Of a DNA stretch of 64,000 nucleotides, positions 19,747 through 31,395 are shown piece by piece. Source of the stretch: Eubacteriales bacterium (GTDB taxonomy: Bacteria; Bacillota; Clostridia; Oscillospirales; CAG-382); the NCBI GenBank assembly GCA_045542335.1, contig JAZQKV010000086.1, forward strand, positions 69,348 to 133,347, given 5' to 3'. The first letter of the stretch is position 1; the number at the start of each line of letters is the position of its first letter. Both the position numbers and the translations under genes were made by a program. The notes beneath the pieces are model-generated. The model ran no database searches. It was not told the DNA's origin and was given only the letters and a program-made list of their open reading frames with translations.

Positions 19747-22176
19747 TTATCTCACAACAAGATTGATAAGCTTGTTAGGAACAAAGATTTCCTTGACAGT
19801 CGTTTTGCCTTCAACAAGCTTTGCAAATCTTTCGTCAGCCTTAACTGTAGCAATTGCCGTATCTTTGTCGGTATCCATGGGAAGCGTGATTGTTCCCTTG
19901 AACTTTCCGCAAATCTGAACCGCATATTCTGCCGCTGAATCAACCGTCTTGCTCTGGTCATATTCGGGCCACTTTGCAAGTGAGCAAAGCTCTTTCTTTC
20001 CGCAAACAGAGCTGTAAACTTCCTCGGTGATGTGAGGTGCAAAGGGATTGAGAAGAACGGTATATATTTCAAGCTCATCAAGCGTAAGAGTTCCGCAATC
20101 GTTGATTTCATTCATAAGAGCCATGAGAGATGCAATTGCAGTGTTAAACTTGAGCTTATCTATGTCCTCGGTAACTTTCTTTATTGTCTTGTGGAAAGAT
20201 GCTTCGAGCTTTTCTGTTACTCCGTGTCCCTTTGCAAGATCACACATTGCAACATATCTGTCAATAAACTTGCGGCAACCTCTGATGCTGTTCGATGACC
20301 AGGGAGCTGTCTTTTCAAAGTCACCCATAAACATCTCATAAAGTCTGAGAGTATCAGCACCATAGCTGTTGACAATCTCATCGGGATTTACAACATTACC
20401 TCTGGACTTTGACATCTTTTCTCCGTCCTCGCCGAGAATCATGCCGTGAGAGGTTCTCTTGAGATAAGGCTCAGGACATTCAAGAACACCGATGTCATAG
20501 AGGAATTTTGCCCAGAATCTCGAATAAAGCAGGTGGAGTGTTGTATGCTCCATACCGCCGTTATACCAGTCAACAGGCATCCAATAATTGAGAGCTTCTT
20601 TGGAAGCGAGTGCATCAGGGTTCTGCGCATCGCAATATCTGAGGAAATACCATGACGAGCCTGCCCACTGAGGCATGGTGTCAGTTTCACGTTTTGCAGG
20701 GCCACCGCAGCAAGGACAGGTTGTGTTAACCCAATCCGTAAGAAGTGACAAAGGACTTTCGCCGTCATCACTCGGCTCATATGACTCAACATCGGGAAGT
20801 GTCAACGGAAGCGATTCTTCGGGAACAGCAACCCAGCCACACTTTTCGCAGTTCACAAGAGGAATGGGTTCACCCCAATATCTCTGACGGGAGAACACCC
20901 AGTCACGGAGCTTATAGTTCACCTTTGCAGTGCCGATGCCCTTTTCGGTGAGATACTCAATCATTTTTGCCTTTGCGTCCTCAACCTCAAGTCCATCAAG
21001 GAATCCGGAATTTATAAGCTTGCCCGTTTCAACGTCGGTAAACGCTGCTTCTTCAACGGGAACTTCGCCGCCTGCAACAACTTCGATAATGGGAAGACCA
21101 AACTTCTTTGCAAAATCCCAGTCACGGGTGTCATGTGCGGGAACCGCCATAATTGCACCTGTGCCGTATGTGATAAGTACATAGTCGGAAATAAAAATGG
21201 GGATTTCCTTGCCGTTAACAGGGTTAATGGCATTAACGCCCTCAAGGCGAACACCTGTCTTTTCCTTCTTATCGGCAAGCTCGGTTCTTTCAAAGTCGCT
21301 CTTTTTGGAGGCTTCTTCACGATATGCCTTAACGGCATCCATGTTGGAAATCTTATCTGCCCAAGCTTCGATAATTGGGTGCTCGGGAGCAATTACCATG
21401 TAAGTTGCTCCGAAAAGTGTGTCGCAACGTGTGGTATATACCTTGAGAGTTTCCCCTGCAGTTGTTGCAAATTCAACCTCTGCACCTGTGGAACGACCGA
21501 TCCAGTTTTTCTGCTGAACCTTTACTCTGTCGATAAAATCAATGCCGTCAAGATCATTGATAAGTCTTTCTGCATACTCTGTAATTTTGAGCATCCACTG
21601 ACTCTTTTCACGGCGGATAACCTCGCTCTTACATCTTTCGCAAACGCCGTTTACAACCTCCTCATTTGCAAGCACACACTTACATGAGGTACACCAGTTT
21701 ACCGCCATCTTCTTCTTATATGCAAGACCTTTTTTGAAGAGCTGAAGGAAAATCCACTGTGTCCACTTATAATAGCCCGGAGAAGTTGTATTAACCTCTC
21801 TGTCCCAGTCAAAAGAAAGACCGAGAGCCTGAAGCTGGCTTCTGAAACGGTTTACGTTGTTTTCCGTTACAATTGCAGGATGAATCTTGTTCTTGATTGC
21901 GAAATTCTCGGTAGGAAGACCGAACGCATCCCATCCCATAGGGTAAAGGACGTTATATCCCTGCATTCTCTTTTTTCTTGAAACAATGTCAAGAGCAGTG
22001 TAAGAACGGGGATGTCCAACATGAAGACCCGCCGCAGAAGGATATGGGAATTCAACAAGAGCATAAAACTTTGGGAGTGTGTAATCGTCTTTTGCGTGGA
22101 ACGCTTTCTCCTCACTCCACTTTTTTTGCCATTTCTTTTCGATAGCACCGAAGTCGGTTCTGTAATCGTAATTCAT
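19747..22176 (-). CDS. leuS: Leucine--tRNA ligase
   Basis: [30 protein letters not shown]. Confidence 0.97.
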   Translation of the reverse strand: MNYDYRTDFGAIEKKWQKKWSEEKAFHAKDDYTLPKFYALVEFPYPSAAGLHVGHPRSYTALDIVSRKKRMQGYNVLYPMGWDAFGLPTENFAIKNKIHPAIVTENNVNRFRSQLQALGLSFDWDREVNTTSPGYYKWTQWIFLQLFKKGLAYKKKMAVNWCTSCKCVLANEEVVNGVCERCKSEVIRREKSQWMLKITEYAERLINDLDGIDFIDRVKVQQKNWIGRSTGAEVEFATTAGETLKVYTTRCDTLFGATYMVIAPEHPIIEAWADKISNMDAVKAYREEASKKSDFERTELADKKEKTGVRLEGVNAINPVNGKEIPIFISDYVLITYGTGAIMAVPAHDTRDWDFAKKFGLPIIEVVAGGEVPVEEAAFTDVETGKLINSGFLDGLEVEDAKAKMIEYLTEKGIGTAKVNYKLRDWVFSRQRYWGEPIPLVNCEKCGWVAVPEESLPLTLPDVESYEPSDDGESPLSLLTDWVNTTCPCCGGPAKRETDTMPQWAGSSWYFLRYCDAQNPDALASKEALNYWMPVDWYNGGMEHTTLHLLYSRFWAKFLYDIGVLECPEPYLKRTSHGMILGEDGEKMSKSRGNVVNPDEIVNSYGADTLRLYEMFMGDFEKTAPWSSNSIRGCRKFIDRYVAMCDLAKGHGVTEKLEASFHKTIKKVTEDIDKLKFNTAIASLMALMNEINDCGTLTLDELEIYTVLLNPFAPHITEEVYSSVCGKKELCSLAKWPEYDQSKTVDSAAEYAVQICGKFKGTITLPMDTDKDTAIATVKADERFAKLVEGKTTVKEIFVPNKLINLVVR

Positions 22177-22215
22177 TTATATCTGACCTTTCAAAAATAA
22201 TTGCAATTTATTAAA

Positions 22216-22620
22216 TTATGCTTCGTCGGGAAGTGCTTCAAAAGGAACTTCTTCGCAATCCGCCCAAAGCTTATCAAGCTTGTAAAAATCTTTCGCCTCT
22301 CTGCCAAAAACGTGAACTATAACGCTGTTGTAATCAAGCAGCACCCATGTTCCGCTTCCCTCGCCCTCGGTTCTTGCCGGCTCAATGCCGTCCTCGGTTT
22401 TTAGCTTGAATTCAATTTCTCCTGCAAGGGCATTAACCTGTGTTGTGGAAGTACCCATTGCAATAACGAAATAATCGGCGATAATTGTTTTTTCGTTGAT
22501 GTTTAATATTTTAATTTCCCTTGCTTTTTTGGAATCAAGGATTTTCGCAATTTTCAGCGCAAGCTGTTCGGATGCCTTGATTTCCTTTGCCTCATCGGGA
22601 AGTCTTACTGTATCTGACAT
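22216..22620 (-). CDS. rsfS: Ribosome silencing factor (Iojap)
   Basis: KKA..I, ADYFVI, WVLLDY..VIVHVF...FY.LDKLW. Confidence 0.93.
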   Translation of the reverse strand: MSDTVRLPDEAKEIKASEQLALKIAKILDSKKAREIKILNINEKTIIADYFVIAMGTSTTQVNALAGEIEFKLKTEDGIEPARTEGEGSGTWVLLDYNSVIVHVFGREAKDFYKLDKLWADCEEVPFEALPDEA

Positions 22621-22658
22621 TTATTTTCTCCTTTGATTCTCCGTGAAGTTTTCACGGT

Positions 22659-24104
22659 TTATTCCTCTGTTGGCTGTGCCTCTGATTGAGGTTGCTCATC
22701 AGGCTGAACAGCTTCGGTTTCCGCATCCTGAACAGGTTCAGCTGCTTCTTGCTGTCCATCATCTGCTTTTTCATCATTCTCCGCAGGAGCAGCTTTGTTT
22801 GAAATGTTTTCCTCGGGTGTTACAACTTTGTCCACTGGGACATTCTCCTCTTTTTCAGGTGCCTTCTGCTGAGCATTTCCCCAACCGCCACCGACAAAAT
22901 TCAGCTGCGGAGGTTCGTTTGAAATATCATCTGCTGTGGTCTGCTCGATGGTATAACCGTCCGGCTCGTTGACAAGTATTCTTATCTTAACGTCCTCAAT
23001 GGTTATGTCGCTTTTGAACACGTTGAAATGTTGGTTTACAATCTGAAGATTTGCCTTGGGATACATTGAAACATAGGAAACGTTGTTATAGTTAACCGGC
23101 ATTCCCTCCATGGAAAGCATAATAATATTGCCCATTTCAAGCTTCAATGCCGCTGTCGCAAATGCTGTCATATCACCAACAGAAACGTTTGTCACAACAT
23201 TCTTTGAAACAACTCCAACAAGCTCGGGGATTTTTGCAACCGTTGAGCCGCTTAAAAGCTTGTCCATAAGAGCAGTCATGAAAATTTTCTGTGCTTCCAT
23301 TCTACCAAGGTCTGCATCCATATATCCTGAACGGAATCTTACAAAGCCCTCAGCCGTCTTGCCGTCAAGAACATGAGTGCCGGCAGGAATGTTGATATAC
23401 AGGTTTTGTTCGGGGTCGTTGTAAAGCATATCCTTCTGAACCGTCACCTCAACGCCACCAATGGCATCAACAATCTCACGGAAACCGTTTATATTGATGT
23501 GAACATATCTGTCGATAACTATACCAAAAGAGCTGAGCAACGCATCCGAAAGAGCTGTCATACCGCCCTCAATACATTCTTCAACGCTTCCGTTCTTTCT
23601 TCGGATATCGGAATAACCCGTTGAGAAAATTGCGTTGATTTTCTTGTTGCCCGTAAGAGGACTTGCTTCAACATATGTGTCACGGGGAATCTGAACAATA
23701 GCCGCCTTGTTGTTCTCCATATCAAGGGAGGCAACCATAATCACGTCCGTGTTAAGACCTGCGTTATCTCTGCCGACCACAAGAAAATTATAAAATCCTG
23801 TCTTTCTTGCATCAGGGTCATTCACGTCAATTGTCTTAATAACATTTGCAAGGTCAATCTGCGTTTCAATTTCAATGCCGCTGCTTGTTTCACGCTTGCC
23901 TGCGGAATCGCCATCGGACACAAGACCTCCAATGCTCATCTGCTCCGGGGTAAAGCTGTCCACAACCATATCATGGAAGAACACAAAATATCCCGTCACA
24001 CATAGCGACAACGCAAGAATCAATATAACAGTGCAAATTGCAATGCTCTTGGTCTTATTTCTTTTTTTCTGGGTTCCCATAACCGCAACATTCATTCCTT
24101 TCAT
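22659..24104 (-). CDS. LytR-CpsA-Psr (LCP) family cell-wall polymer ligase
   Basis: Single TM; TDVIMV, IPRDTYV, KINA, VDAIGGV, FVRFR...DLGRM..Q; acidic tail. Confidence 0.9.
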   Translation of the reverse strand: MKGMNVAVMGTQKKRNKTKSIAICTVILILALSLCVTGYFVFFHDMVVDSFTPEQMSIGGLVSDGDSAGKRETSSGIEIETQIDLANVIKTIDVNDPDARKTGFYNFLVVGRDNAGLNTDVIMVASLDMENNKAAIVQIPRDTYVEASPLTGNKKINAIFSTGYSDIRRKNGSVEECIEGGMTALSDALLSSFGIVIDRYVHININGFREIVDAIGGVEVTVQKDMLYNDPEQNLYINIPAGTHVLDGKTAEGFVRFRSGYMDADLGRMEAQKIFMTALMDKLLSGSTVAKIPELVGVVSKNVVTNVSVGDMTAFATAALKLEMGNIIMLSMEGMPVNYNNVSYVSMYPKANLQIVNQHFNVFKSDITIEDVKIRILVNEPDGYTIEQTTADDISNEPPQLNFVGGGWGNAQQKAPEKEENVPVDKVVTPEENISNKAAPAENDEKADDGQQEAAEPVQDAETEAVQPDEQPQSEAQPTEE

Positions 24105-24130
24105 TTATGTTTAAACCGTCCTGACAAGCT

Positions 24131-24868
24131 TCATTCTCCGACGGCATCCTTAAGTTCCGAATAAATCTGACTGAACACGTCGCTTTGCTTTCCATTGACG
24201 TGTTGTGCGCAAATACTTTCAACAGTATGTACTGTCACAGGGTGAATCCGCTTTCCGTCCTTTGCAAGATGAGAAACCGTTTCAAGTGCCGCCATGCACA
24301 CACATTTGTCAATAAGCACCTCGGCATCTTCCCTTGTTTTTATTTCATATATACCACGGTGAAATACCTCTCTCACCTTTTGGCATGACGCATATTTTCT
24401 CGTCGGCTCCGTGAAATCCGCAAGAAACATAATTTTGTCAAACAGCGACATTTGTCCGCTTCCCGTAGTGTGCTTTAAAATTGCGTCGGTTATACGTTCC
24501 GGCATACCAAAAAATTTCTTTGCCGCCGCCGCACCGCTTACGGAATGAATAACCTGAGGATTTGCAAGGTCATCATTTGTGAGGACAAATCCGTTTTCCT
24601 CGCAAAGCCGAGTCTGCTCGTCAAGGTCTTTTTCCTTTGTGACATCATGAAGCAACGCCATGCACTCAACATCACGCTCACACTCGGCACTCACCCCAAA
24701 AAGCGGGAAGAGAAGCCTTGCCATAAAAACCGCCTCATCACGCACTGCAAGAACGTGTTCTGCTCTTTTGCCGCTTATACCCACAAGAGCATTGGCGACA
24801 ACATTTTCAAGCATTCCGTCCGTGATCTGTGATTTAACCTCTTCAAACTTCTTCTGAAAAATTTCCAT
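24131..24868 (-). CDS. yqeK: HD-domain Ap4A hydrolase YqeK
   Basis: R..H, LLHD..K, H...GA, HTTG, FLADF.EP.R; nadD-yqeK-rsfS synteny. Confidence 0.88.
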   Translation of the reverse strand: MEIFQKKFEEVKSQITDGMLENVVANALVGISGKRAEHVLAVRDEAVFMARLLFPLFGVSAECERDVECMALLHDVTKEKDLDEQTRLCEENGFVLTNDDLANPQVIHSVSGAAAAKKFFGMPERITDAILKHTTGSGQMSLFDKIMFLADFTEPTRKYASCQKVREVFHRGIYEIKTREDAEVLIDKCVCMAALETVSHLAKDGKRIHPVTVHTVESICAQHVNGKQSDVFSQIYSELKDAVGE

Positions 24869-24872
24869 ATTT

Positions 24873-25556
24873 TCACATTTCCTGTGTTGACCGAAAATAC
24901 AGCTCATTGTCGATTATATACTTTGCAACTTTTTCGGTCAAGTAACTTTTTGTCAACATATTGAAAATTTTGTTCGTATCAGCTTCGCCGTCACATTGTC
25001 CGCTTTGTTCTCCAACAAGCTCGCGAATCTCTGTTGACGACATTTCAAGCGGAGGAACATTCATGACAACACTTTTTGCATCGTACAGTTTTTTATATCT
25101 TTGGTCACATTCCAGAATTACACTCATTTCGCCCCTGTCCCTTGGGCAAACACAAAAAACACACAATCTAAAAAGCTCTTGCGCATTGAACCATTTTTCA
25201 AGGCAACAAAACATATCCGTACCTGTATAGACGTAAATTCTGTCGCATTTGTTCCGCTTTGCAAGCTCACTCACTGTCAAAAAAGTGTAACTTTTCCCCT
25301 CTTTTGAAGTTTCAATATCGGATATTTCGATATTATATACACGTTTGTCACAATCTTCAAAAGCAAGTCTTGCCATTTCAAGGCGATGACAGCTGTCTGT
25401 TACAAGTCGCTTTTTATGTGGTGGAATCCCTGTTGGAATAACATACATTTTTGAAAGGTCTGCGGCTTTGTAAAACTCAAGTGCGGCTCTTATATGTCCC
25501 TTGTGAATCGGGTCAAATGTTCCGCCGAACATTCCAATTCTCAATTTTTCGTTCAT
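24873..25556 (-). CDS. nadD: Nicotinate-nucleotide adenylyltransferase
   Basis: GGTFDPIHKGH, PPHK, SYT, G.D, SSTEIR. Confidence 0.93.
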   Translation of the reverse strand: MNEKLRIGMFGGTFDPIHKGHIRAALEFYKAADLSKMYVIPTGIPPHKKRLVTDSCHRLEMARLAFEDCDKRVYNIEISDIETSKEGKSYTFLTVSELAKRNKCDRIYVYTGTDMFCCLEKWFNAQELFRLCVFCVCPRDRGEMSVILECDQRYKKLYDAKSVVMNVPPLEMSSTEIRELVGEQSGQCDGEADTNKIFNMLTKSYLTEKVAKYIIDNELYFRSTQEM

Positions 25557-25867
25557 TTGGTTTTAAGCTCAAGCTTTCGGTTTTCCGCTTTGCTTGCCTG
25601 CTTATAAAGCACAATTTTTCTGCCGATAATCTGAACAGACTGCGCACCTGTTTCCTCGCAAATATGCGCCGCCGCTTCTTTCGGATTCTCCTCGGAATTT
25701 TCAAGAATTGTTATCTTAATAAGCTCCCTTGCTTCAAGAGCTTCGTTTATCTGATTTATAAAATTGTGATTGATTCCGCCTTTTCCAATCTGAAAAATGG
25801 CGTCAAGTCTGTTGGCAAGCCCTCTGAGATAGGCTCTTTCGCCAGAAGTAAGTTTTTCTGCGGACAT
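25553..25867 (-). CDS. yhbY: YhbY RNA-binding (CRM) protein
   Basis: LT..RAYLR..A, QIGKGG, ELIKI, VQIIG..IVLY. Confidence 0.92.
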   Translation of the reverse strand: MSAEKLTSGERAYLRGLANRLDAIFQIGKGGINHNFINQINEALEARELIKITILENSEENPKEAAAHICEETGAQSVQIIGRKIVLYKQASKAENRKLELKTK

Positions 25868-25945
25868 TTTTTGTCCTCCTTTTATTCGTTATACTTGAAC
25901 AGCACCGGAAACCGTCAATAACAAGTGTTCTCCGTGTATTCAGCT

Positions 25946-26569
25946 TCAATTTCCGTTTCTTTTTTTGAGCGCATCGCAAAGTGCATGAAGACCGTTTGCC
26001 CTGTGGCTTACGCTGTTCTTCTCATCCGCACTTGCCTCGCCGAAGGTTTTTCCGAAAGGAGCATAGAAGAACACCGGGTCATAACCAAATCCGCCGTTGC
26101 CTCTCTTTTCACCCGTGATAATTCCCTCAACCTTTCCAAGCACACATATATCCTCGTTTTTGCCGTCAACATATGCTATCGCCGACACAAACCTTGCTGT
26201 ACGCTCGTTTTCGGGAACGCCCTCAAGCTTTTTTAAAAGCTTTGCGGTGTTTGCATCATCGTCGGAATTACCCATAGGAGCCTTCTCGTCATCAAGAGCC
26301 GCATATCTTGCAGAATAAACACCCGGCTCGCCGCCAAGAACATCCACCATAAGTCCCGAATCGTCTGCAACCGACGGAAGACCCGTTGCTTCAAAAGCGG
26401 CTCTTGCCTTTATGAGAGCGTTTTCGGCGAAGGTCACTCCTGTTTCTTCAACGTCCCCCTCAACTCCCGCTTCATCAAGGGTTATAACATCCGTGATACC
26501 TGCATCTGCAAGTATCTTTTTCATTTCTTTAACCTTATTTGCATTTCTTGTTGCGGCAACAATTTTCAT
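25946..26569 (-). CDS. rdgB: Non-canonical purine NTP pyrophosphatase (RdgB/HAM1)
   Basis: ATRN..K, ETG.TF.ENA..KA, DDSGL, PGVYSARYA, GFGYDPVF, SHR. Confidence 0.95.
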   Translation of the reverse strand: MKIVAATRNANKVKEMKKILADAGITDVITLDEAGVEGDVEETGVTFAENALIKARAAFEATGLPSVADDSGLMVDVLGGEPGVYSARYAALDDEKAPMGNSDDDANTAKLLKKLEGVPENERTARFVSAIAYVDGKNEDICVLGKVEGIITGEKRGNGGFGYDPVFFYAPFGKTFGEASADEKNSVSHRANGLHALCDALKKRNGN

Positions 26570-26620
26570 TTTACTGTTCCTTTCACATTCAAAAGCTTAA
26601 AAGTCAAATCCAATCTTAGC

Positions 26621-27535
26621 TTATTCCTCAAACAAAGCATTAACAAACTCTGTTGAGTCAAACGCCTGCAAATCGTCAAGCTTTTCGCCCACGCCAATAT
26701 ATTTAACGGGGATTCCAAGCACTTCCTTTATGGAAATAACAATGCCACCCTTTGCAGTACCGTCAAGCTTTGTGAGTACAATTCCTGTGATTTCCGTTGC
26801 ACTCTTAAACTCCTTTGCCTGACTGACAGCGTTCTGTCCTGTCACGGCATCAAGCACAAGAAGGGTTTCCTTTGCGCATCCGGGAAGCTCTCTGTCAATA
26901 ACTCTGCCGATTTTTGCAAGCTCGTTCATAAGGTTCTTTTTGTTGTGAAGTCTGCCGGCGGTGTCAACAATGAGAACATCTGCATTCTGTGCCTTTGCGG
27001 CAGCAATTGCGTCATAAACAACAGCTGCAGGGTCACTTCCCTCGGTGTGCTTTACAACAGGAATACCCGCACGCTCGCCCCAGATTTCAAGTTGGTCAAT
27101 TGCAGCTGCTCTGAACGTGTCAGCGGCGGCAAGAACAACCTTTTTGCCGTCATTTTTAAGGCAATTTGCAATCTTTGCAACCGAAGTTGTTTTTCCTACT
27201 CCGTTTACGCCGATTACAAGCACAACCGAAAGACCATCTCCGAGCTTTATGGGTTCCCCCTCACCAATCATTTCGCGGAGTATTTCCATAAGTGCCTGTT
27301 TTGCCTGTTCCGGCTCACTTATTCTCTCCTCGCGGATTCTGTCATCGAGCTTTTCAATAATCTCCTCCGTAGGTCCTATGCCGACATCCGCAGCAATAAG
27401 TATTTCTTCAAGTTCCTCAAGCATTTCTTCGTCAACCTTAACAAAACGCTTGAAGATATCGTTTACCTGCTTGAAAATTGATTCCTTTGTTTTCTGCAAG
27501 CCTGCTTTTAGTTTTTCAAAAAATCCAAATGCCAT
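26621..27535 (-). CDS. ftsY: SRP receptor FtsY
   Basis: [33 protein letters not shown]; start [10 protein letters not shown]. Confidence 0.96.
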   Translation of the reverse strand: MAFGFFEKLKAGLQKTKESIFKQVNDIFKRFVKVDEEMLEELEEILIAADVGIGPTEEIIEKLDDRIREERISEPEQAKQALMEILREMIGEGEPIKLGDGLSVVLVIGVNGVGKTTSVAKIANCLKNDGKKVVLAAADTFRAAAIDQLEIWGERAGIPVVKHTEGSDPAAVVYDAIAAAKAQNADVLIVDTAGRLHNKKNLMNELAKIGRVIDRELPGCAKETLLVLDAVTGQNAVSQAKEFKSATEITGIVLTKLDGTAKGGIVISIKEVLGIPVKYIGVGEKLDDLQAFDSTEFVNALFEE

Positions 27536-27629
27536 AATCAAACCTCTTTTCGTTTTTTTAATCAAACAAAACGCTTCTGTACTCTGTTTTTTCGCAGGCA
27601 CTTTGCCTGTAATAAGCATTTCTCAATCA

Positions 27630-28181
27630 TTATTTATCGTATTTTTCAACAGAAATAATAAAAGGAGCATCGGGCGAATTTACAATGTGGAAGTGAACCA
27701 CACAGAACAGCTTTTTGTCAAGGCTCTCAAGATGTGAAAGTAACATTTCCCCCTCTGCTCTACCCTCGCTGTGTCCGGGATAAACAGAGATAACAAGTAT
27801 TCCGCCGGGTTTCAAAAGTTCAATTGCACCATTCACCGCCGGAAGTGTGCTTTCCCTCAATGTGTGAATAGACTTATCTCCCCCGGGAAGCCAGCCAAGA
27901 TTAAACATTCCGGCATCAATCTGCTCGGTTATGTATTGCTTACAGTTGGCATGACTGTCATGAATGAGGGTTACGTTTGTATATCCTTTTTCTTCAAGAC
28001 GTGCCCTTGTATTGGCAACAGCATCTGCCTGAATATCAAAGGCATACACCTTTCCCTGCGGCACAAGCGAGCAAAGATACTCGGTATCGTGACCATTACC
28101 CATGGTGAAATCTGCAACAATGCTGTCGGGTTTTATCACACCATGTGTAAATGATTTTGCCATATCCAACAATGAAAACAT
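27630..28181 (-). CDS. YtqB/MnmM-like class I SAM methyltransferase (tRNA mnm5s2U34)
   Basis: [31 protein letters not shown] typical of YtqB family. Confidence 0.8.
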   Translation of the reverse strand: MFSLLDMAKSFTHGVIKPDSIVADFTMGNGHDTEYLCSLVPQGKVYAFDIQADAVANTRARLEEKGYTNVTLIHDSHANCKQYITEQIDAGMFNLGWLPGGDKSIHTLRESTLPAVNGAIELLKPGGILVISVYPGHSEGRAEGEMLLSHLESLDKKLFCVVHFHIVNSPDAPFIISVEKYDK

Positions 28182-28398
28182 ATTATAAGACCGTTCCTTT
28201 CGCACCAAAAGCAGTGTACAAAAGAGCTTATACGCCGAAAAATATTTGCCGAAAGCTCTCCATTTTAATATAAGAAAAATAATTTCACATTATATTCTAC
28301 CACAACAATTTGAATACTTTACCGTTTATTTTTGAATCTATTTATAATTTTTGGAAAAACTCAACATAAAGAAGCAATAATCATCACGGAGGAAAGCA

Positions 28399-30060
28399 AT
28401 GAAGTCATCAAATAAAGACATCGGCGAAAAGGTAGCAAAAATACCATCAGACGAAAAAAGAGTTATCATAATATACATCATTTTTCTCATTCTGTTTGCC
28501 ATTGTAACTGCAAGGCTTTATATACTCGCAAGCGGAGGTGACGATGCGGCAAGCGTATTAAGCGGACAATATTCGCGTCGCCTTGAACTTGCCGAAAGAA
28601 GAGGTTACATTCTATCCCGTGAGCTTATCCCGATTGGCTCCGACACAAAGCCTCACTATATCGCCGTTGTAACTCCAACCCCTTGCACCGATAAGTACAC
28701 AGCCGCCGGAAAACTATCCAATCACACACTTGAGAAAACCGCCGGTGAGCTGCGTGAGCTTTTCGCAAAGGGGCTTCCCTTTACAGTCACCGTTGACACG
28801 CCACTTTCGGGAACTTGTGTGCGCACATATTCCTGTTATAAAACAAATCTCACCGAGGCAATTCACGCTACCGGCTATGTTTCAGGCGGCAAGGGTATGA
28901 CAGGCTTACAGCGTTCCTTCGAGCCGCTTCTCGGCAAAGGCGGAGCTTTTTACGGCAGACTTTCAGCAAGTTATGGTGCAAACGCAGGCGGTCAAATACT
29001 TGATGGAACAGTTGCGCAAATATCAGACGAAAACTTTGGCAACATAAGCGGCATCATAACGACGCTGGACAAATCACTTCAACAATGTGTTGAACAGATT
29101 GCAGATGCGTATATTTCAAGTGGTGCAATCGTGGTGCTGTCTGCGAAAGGAGAGGTGCTTGCAACGGTCTCTCGTCCGGTTTTTGACCCCAACCAGATCT
29201 CAAAATATCTTGATTCTGAGAAAGGCGAGTTTGTGAACCGTGCACTTGAAAGTTTTGCGCCGGGCTCGGTGTTCAAAACTGTTGTTGCGGCGGCGGCTCT
29301 TTGCACAGACCTTTCTTTTTTTGAAAAAGAATACACCTGCGAGGGAAGTGTTGTTTTCGGAAATATGCGCCATCGCTGTCACAAGCCCGATGGTCACGGC
29401 ACACTAACCATGAAAGATGCCTTTGCAATGTCGTGCAACTGCTATTTTATTATGCTTGGAACAGAAATCGGCATGGACAGAATTTTTGAAACAGCAAAAA
29501 AACTTGGCATCGGTTCTCAGGGAAAGCTTTACGGACTTGGCAGCTTTCACAGCACACTTCCGCAAAAAAGCCATTATCCTCCGTCGGAGGTTGCCAATAA
29601 TGTCATTGGTCAAGGGCAAATGATGCTCTCGCCCATTGAAGCGGCGGAAATGATGCTTGCCTGCGCCACAGGAATCTTAAACGAACCATATATTGTAAAA
29701 GGGTTCACAGACGGCGTGTCAACCACTTTTCGCAAACAAAGCAACCAAACCCGGGTCCTTGACCCCCATGTTGTCAGCAAGCTGAAAGAACTTTTGGGTA
29801 GCTGCATATCAAACGGAACAGGCTCGTCCGCCGCCCCCATTCATCTTACAGCCGGAGGAAAAACCGCAACTGCGCAAACAGGGCGTTATTCGGGTAAATC
29901 GGAACTTAATCACCTGTGGTTTGCCGGGGTATATCCGTTAGACACCCCTCAAATCGGAGTGGCTGTTGTAATGGATTTTTGCGAAGAAAACTCTGAAAAC
30001 ACAGAGCTTGCATTTCGTGCCATATGCGAGGAATACTGCTGCCTTGCACAGTTGCGGTAA
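28399..30060 (+). CDS. Class B penicillin-binding protein (SpoVD/PbpA-like transpeptidase)
   Basis: N-terminal TM, RG.I; SVFK (SxxK), SCN (SxN), GKTAT (KTG-like). Confidence 0.85.
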   Translation: MKSSNKDIGEKVAKIPSDEKRVIIIYIIFLILFAIVTARLYILASGGDDAASVLSGQYSRRLELAERRGYILSRELIPIGSDTKPHYIAVVTPTPCTDKYTAAGKLSNHTLEKTAGELRELFAKGLPFTVTVDTPLSGTCVRTYSCYKTNLTEAIHATGYVSGGKGMTGLQRSFEPLLGKGGAFYGRLSASYGANAGGQILDGTVAQISDENFGNISGIITTLDKSLQQCVEQIADAYISSGAIVVLSAKGEVLATVSRPVFDPNQISKYLDSEKGEFVNRALESFAPGSVFKTVVAAAALCTDLSFFEKEYTCEGSVVFGNMRHRCHKPDGHGTLTMKDAFAMSCNCYFIMLGTEIGMDRIFETAKKLGIGSQGKLYGLGSFHSTLPQKSHYPPSEVANNVIGQGQMMLSPIEAAEMMLACATGILNEPYIVKGFTDGVSTTFRKQSNQTRVLDPHVVSKLKELLGSCISNGTGSSAAPIHLTAGGKTATAQTGRYSGKSELNHLWFAGVYPLDTPQIGVAVVMDFCEENSENTELAFRAICEEYCCLAQLR

Positions 30061-30362
30061 GTAAAAAACTCATAAAAACTTAATAACACCACATTTTTCG
30101 CCTTTATGCAAGAAAATATGAACTCGTTTTAATATTTTCTTGTAAAAATGTCAATAACTCACTTTTTGACCTCCCAAAACAGAGAAAAAAGCTCAAAATC
30201 ATCATCGGGATTTTACGGGAATAATTTCCGAAAACCTTCAGTGCCCAACAATTCTCGACAATTGTTTCTGACAAAATTCAGCACGTTTTTGTGAGATGCA
30301 AACAAATCGGAAAACGTTTTTTTGGCAATGCCTACGAAAATAGCTTTTCTTGTCCGAACACC

Positions 30363-30391
30363 TTGAAAAAGCGCAAGTTCCGTGATAAAAT
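30363..30391 (+). promoter_or_regulatory. SigA-type promoter for spo0A
   Basis: TTGAAA-17 bp-TAAAAT with TG extension. Confidence 0.55.
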
Positions 30392-30471
30392 CAATACATC
30401 AAAGCAAAAACAAGCAAGCCGCATGACAAAAATCCCCTGCGGCAATGACATCTTTTGAAGGAGCAAAAAAC

Positions 30472-31296
30472 ATGACTATGACCATGACAACAATCAAAAG
30501 CACAACTTCCACAATGACCTCTCCCATAAGAGTTTTCATTGCTGACAGCAATCACGAATACAGACGAGGACTTGTCGAATTTCTTCGCAGAAGCGGATTT
30601 GAAGCCGTTGGCGAAGCGGCAGACGGCGAAGAAGCTTTTAAAAGAATCAAAGCAAGCTCACCCGATGTTGTAATAACTGACCTCTGGCTCTCAAAGCTTG
30701 ACGGCTCAAAACTCATTTCAGAGATTATGGCAAGCGACATGACACCAAAGCCCGCTTTCATTGTGGCAACCGCCATAGGAAACGCAACAATGCTCGATGA
30801 GGCTCTTGAAGCAGGTGCATCCTTCTGCATCATGAAACCGGTTGATAACAAGGTTCTCGCCTCAAGGATTGAAAGGGTGTGCAGTAAAAATACAGCGGTG
30901 AGAAAAAACGATTTGTACCGTGACGCAAACGAAGATATTGAAACTCAAGTCACAAAAATCATCCACAAAATCGGTGTACCTGCCCATATCAAAGGCTATC
31001 AATACCTGCGCACCGCAATAATCCTTGCCGTTTCCGACAGCGAAATAATAAATTCCGTCACCAAAATTCTTTACCCCGGTATTGCCAAAAAATATGGCAC
31101 AACGCCCTCAAGAGTTGAGCGTGCAATCCGCCATGCTATTGAAGTTGCCTGGGACAGGGGCGACGTTGAAACCCTCAACCGTTACTTTGGTTATACTGTG
31201 CAATCCTCTCGGGGAAAGCCCACAAATTCCGAGTTTATCGCCATTATCGCAGATCTGCTCCGACTCAAAAATAAAATTGCCGAAAAAGTTGGTTGA
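30472..31296 (+). CDS. spo0A: Sporulation master regulator Spo0A
   Basis: Receiver domain plus [45 protein letters not shown]; GAAGGAG RBS before ATG 30472. Confidence 0.96.
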   Translation: MTMTMTTIKSTTSTMTSPIRVFIADSNHEYRRGLVEFLRRSGFEAVGEAADGEEAFKRIKASSPDVVITDLWLSKLDGSKLISEIMASDMTPKPAFIVATAIGNATMLDEALEAGASFCIMKPVDNKVLASRIERVCSKNTAVRKNDLYRDANEDIETQVTKIIHKIGVPAHIKGYQYLRTAIILAVSDSEIINSVTKILYPGIAKKYGTTPSRVERAIRHAIEVAWDRGDVETLNRYFGYTVQSSRGKPTNSEFIAIIADLLRLKNKIAEKVG

Positions 31297-31350
31297 GCAA
31301 CGCTTTTGTGACCGTTTTACACTTGCCCCCAACGTTTTCCTCCATATAGC

Positions 31351-31389
31351 AAAACTCCGGACGTGCCCTTTCGGCTCATCCGGAGTTTT
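31351..31389. terminator. Bidirectional terminator
   Basis: AAAACTCCGGA...TCCGGAGTTTT. Confidence 0.75.
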
Positions 31390-31395
31390 ACTAAA

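Noticed and set aside
22176-22216. T-box leader for leuS
   Set aside because: Only 40 bp separate leuS from rsfS, with no T-box motif
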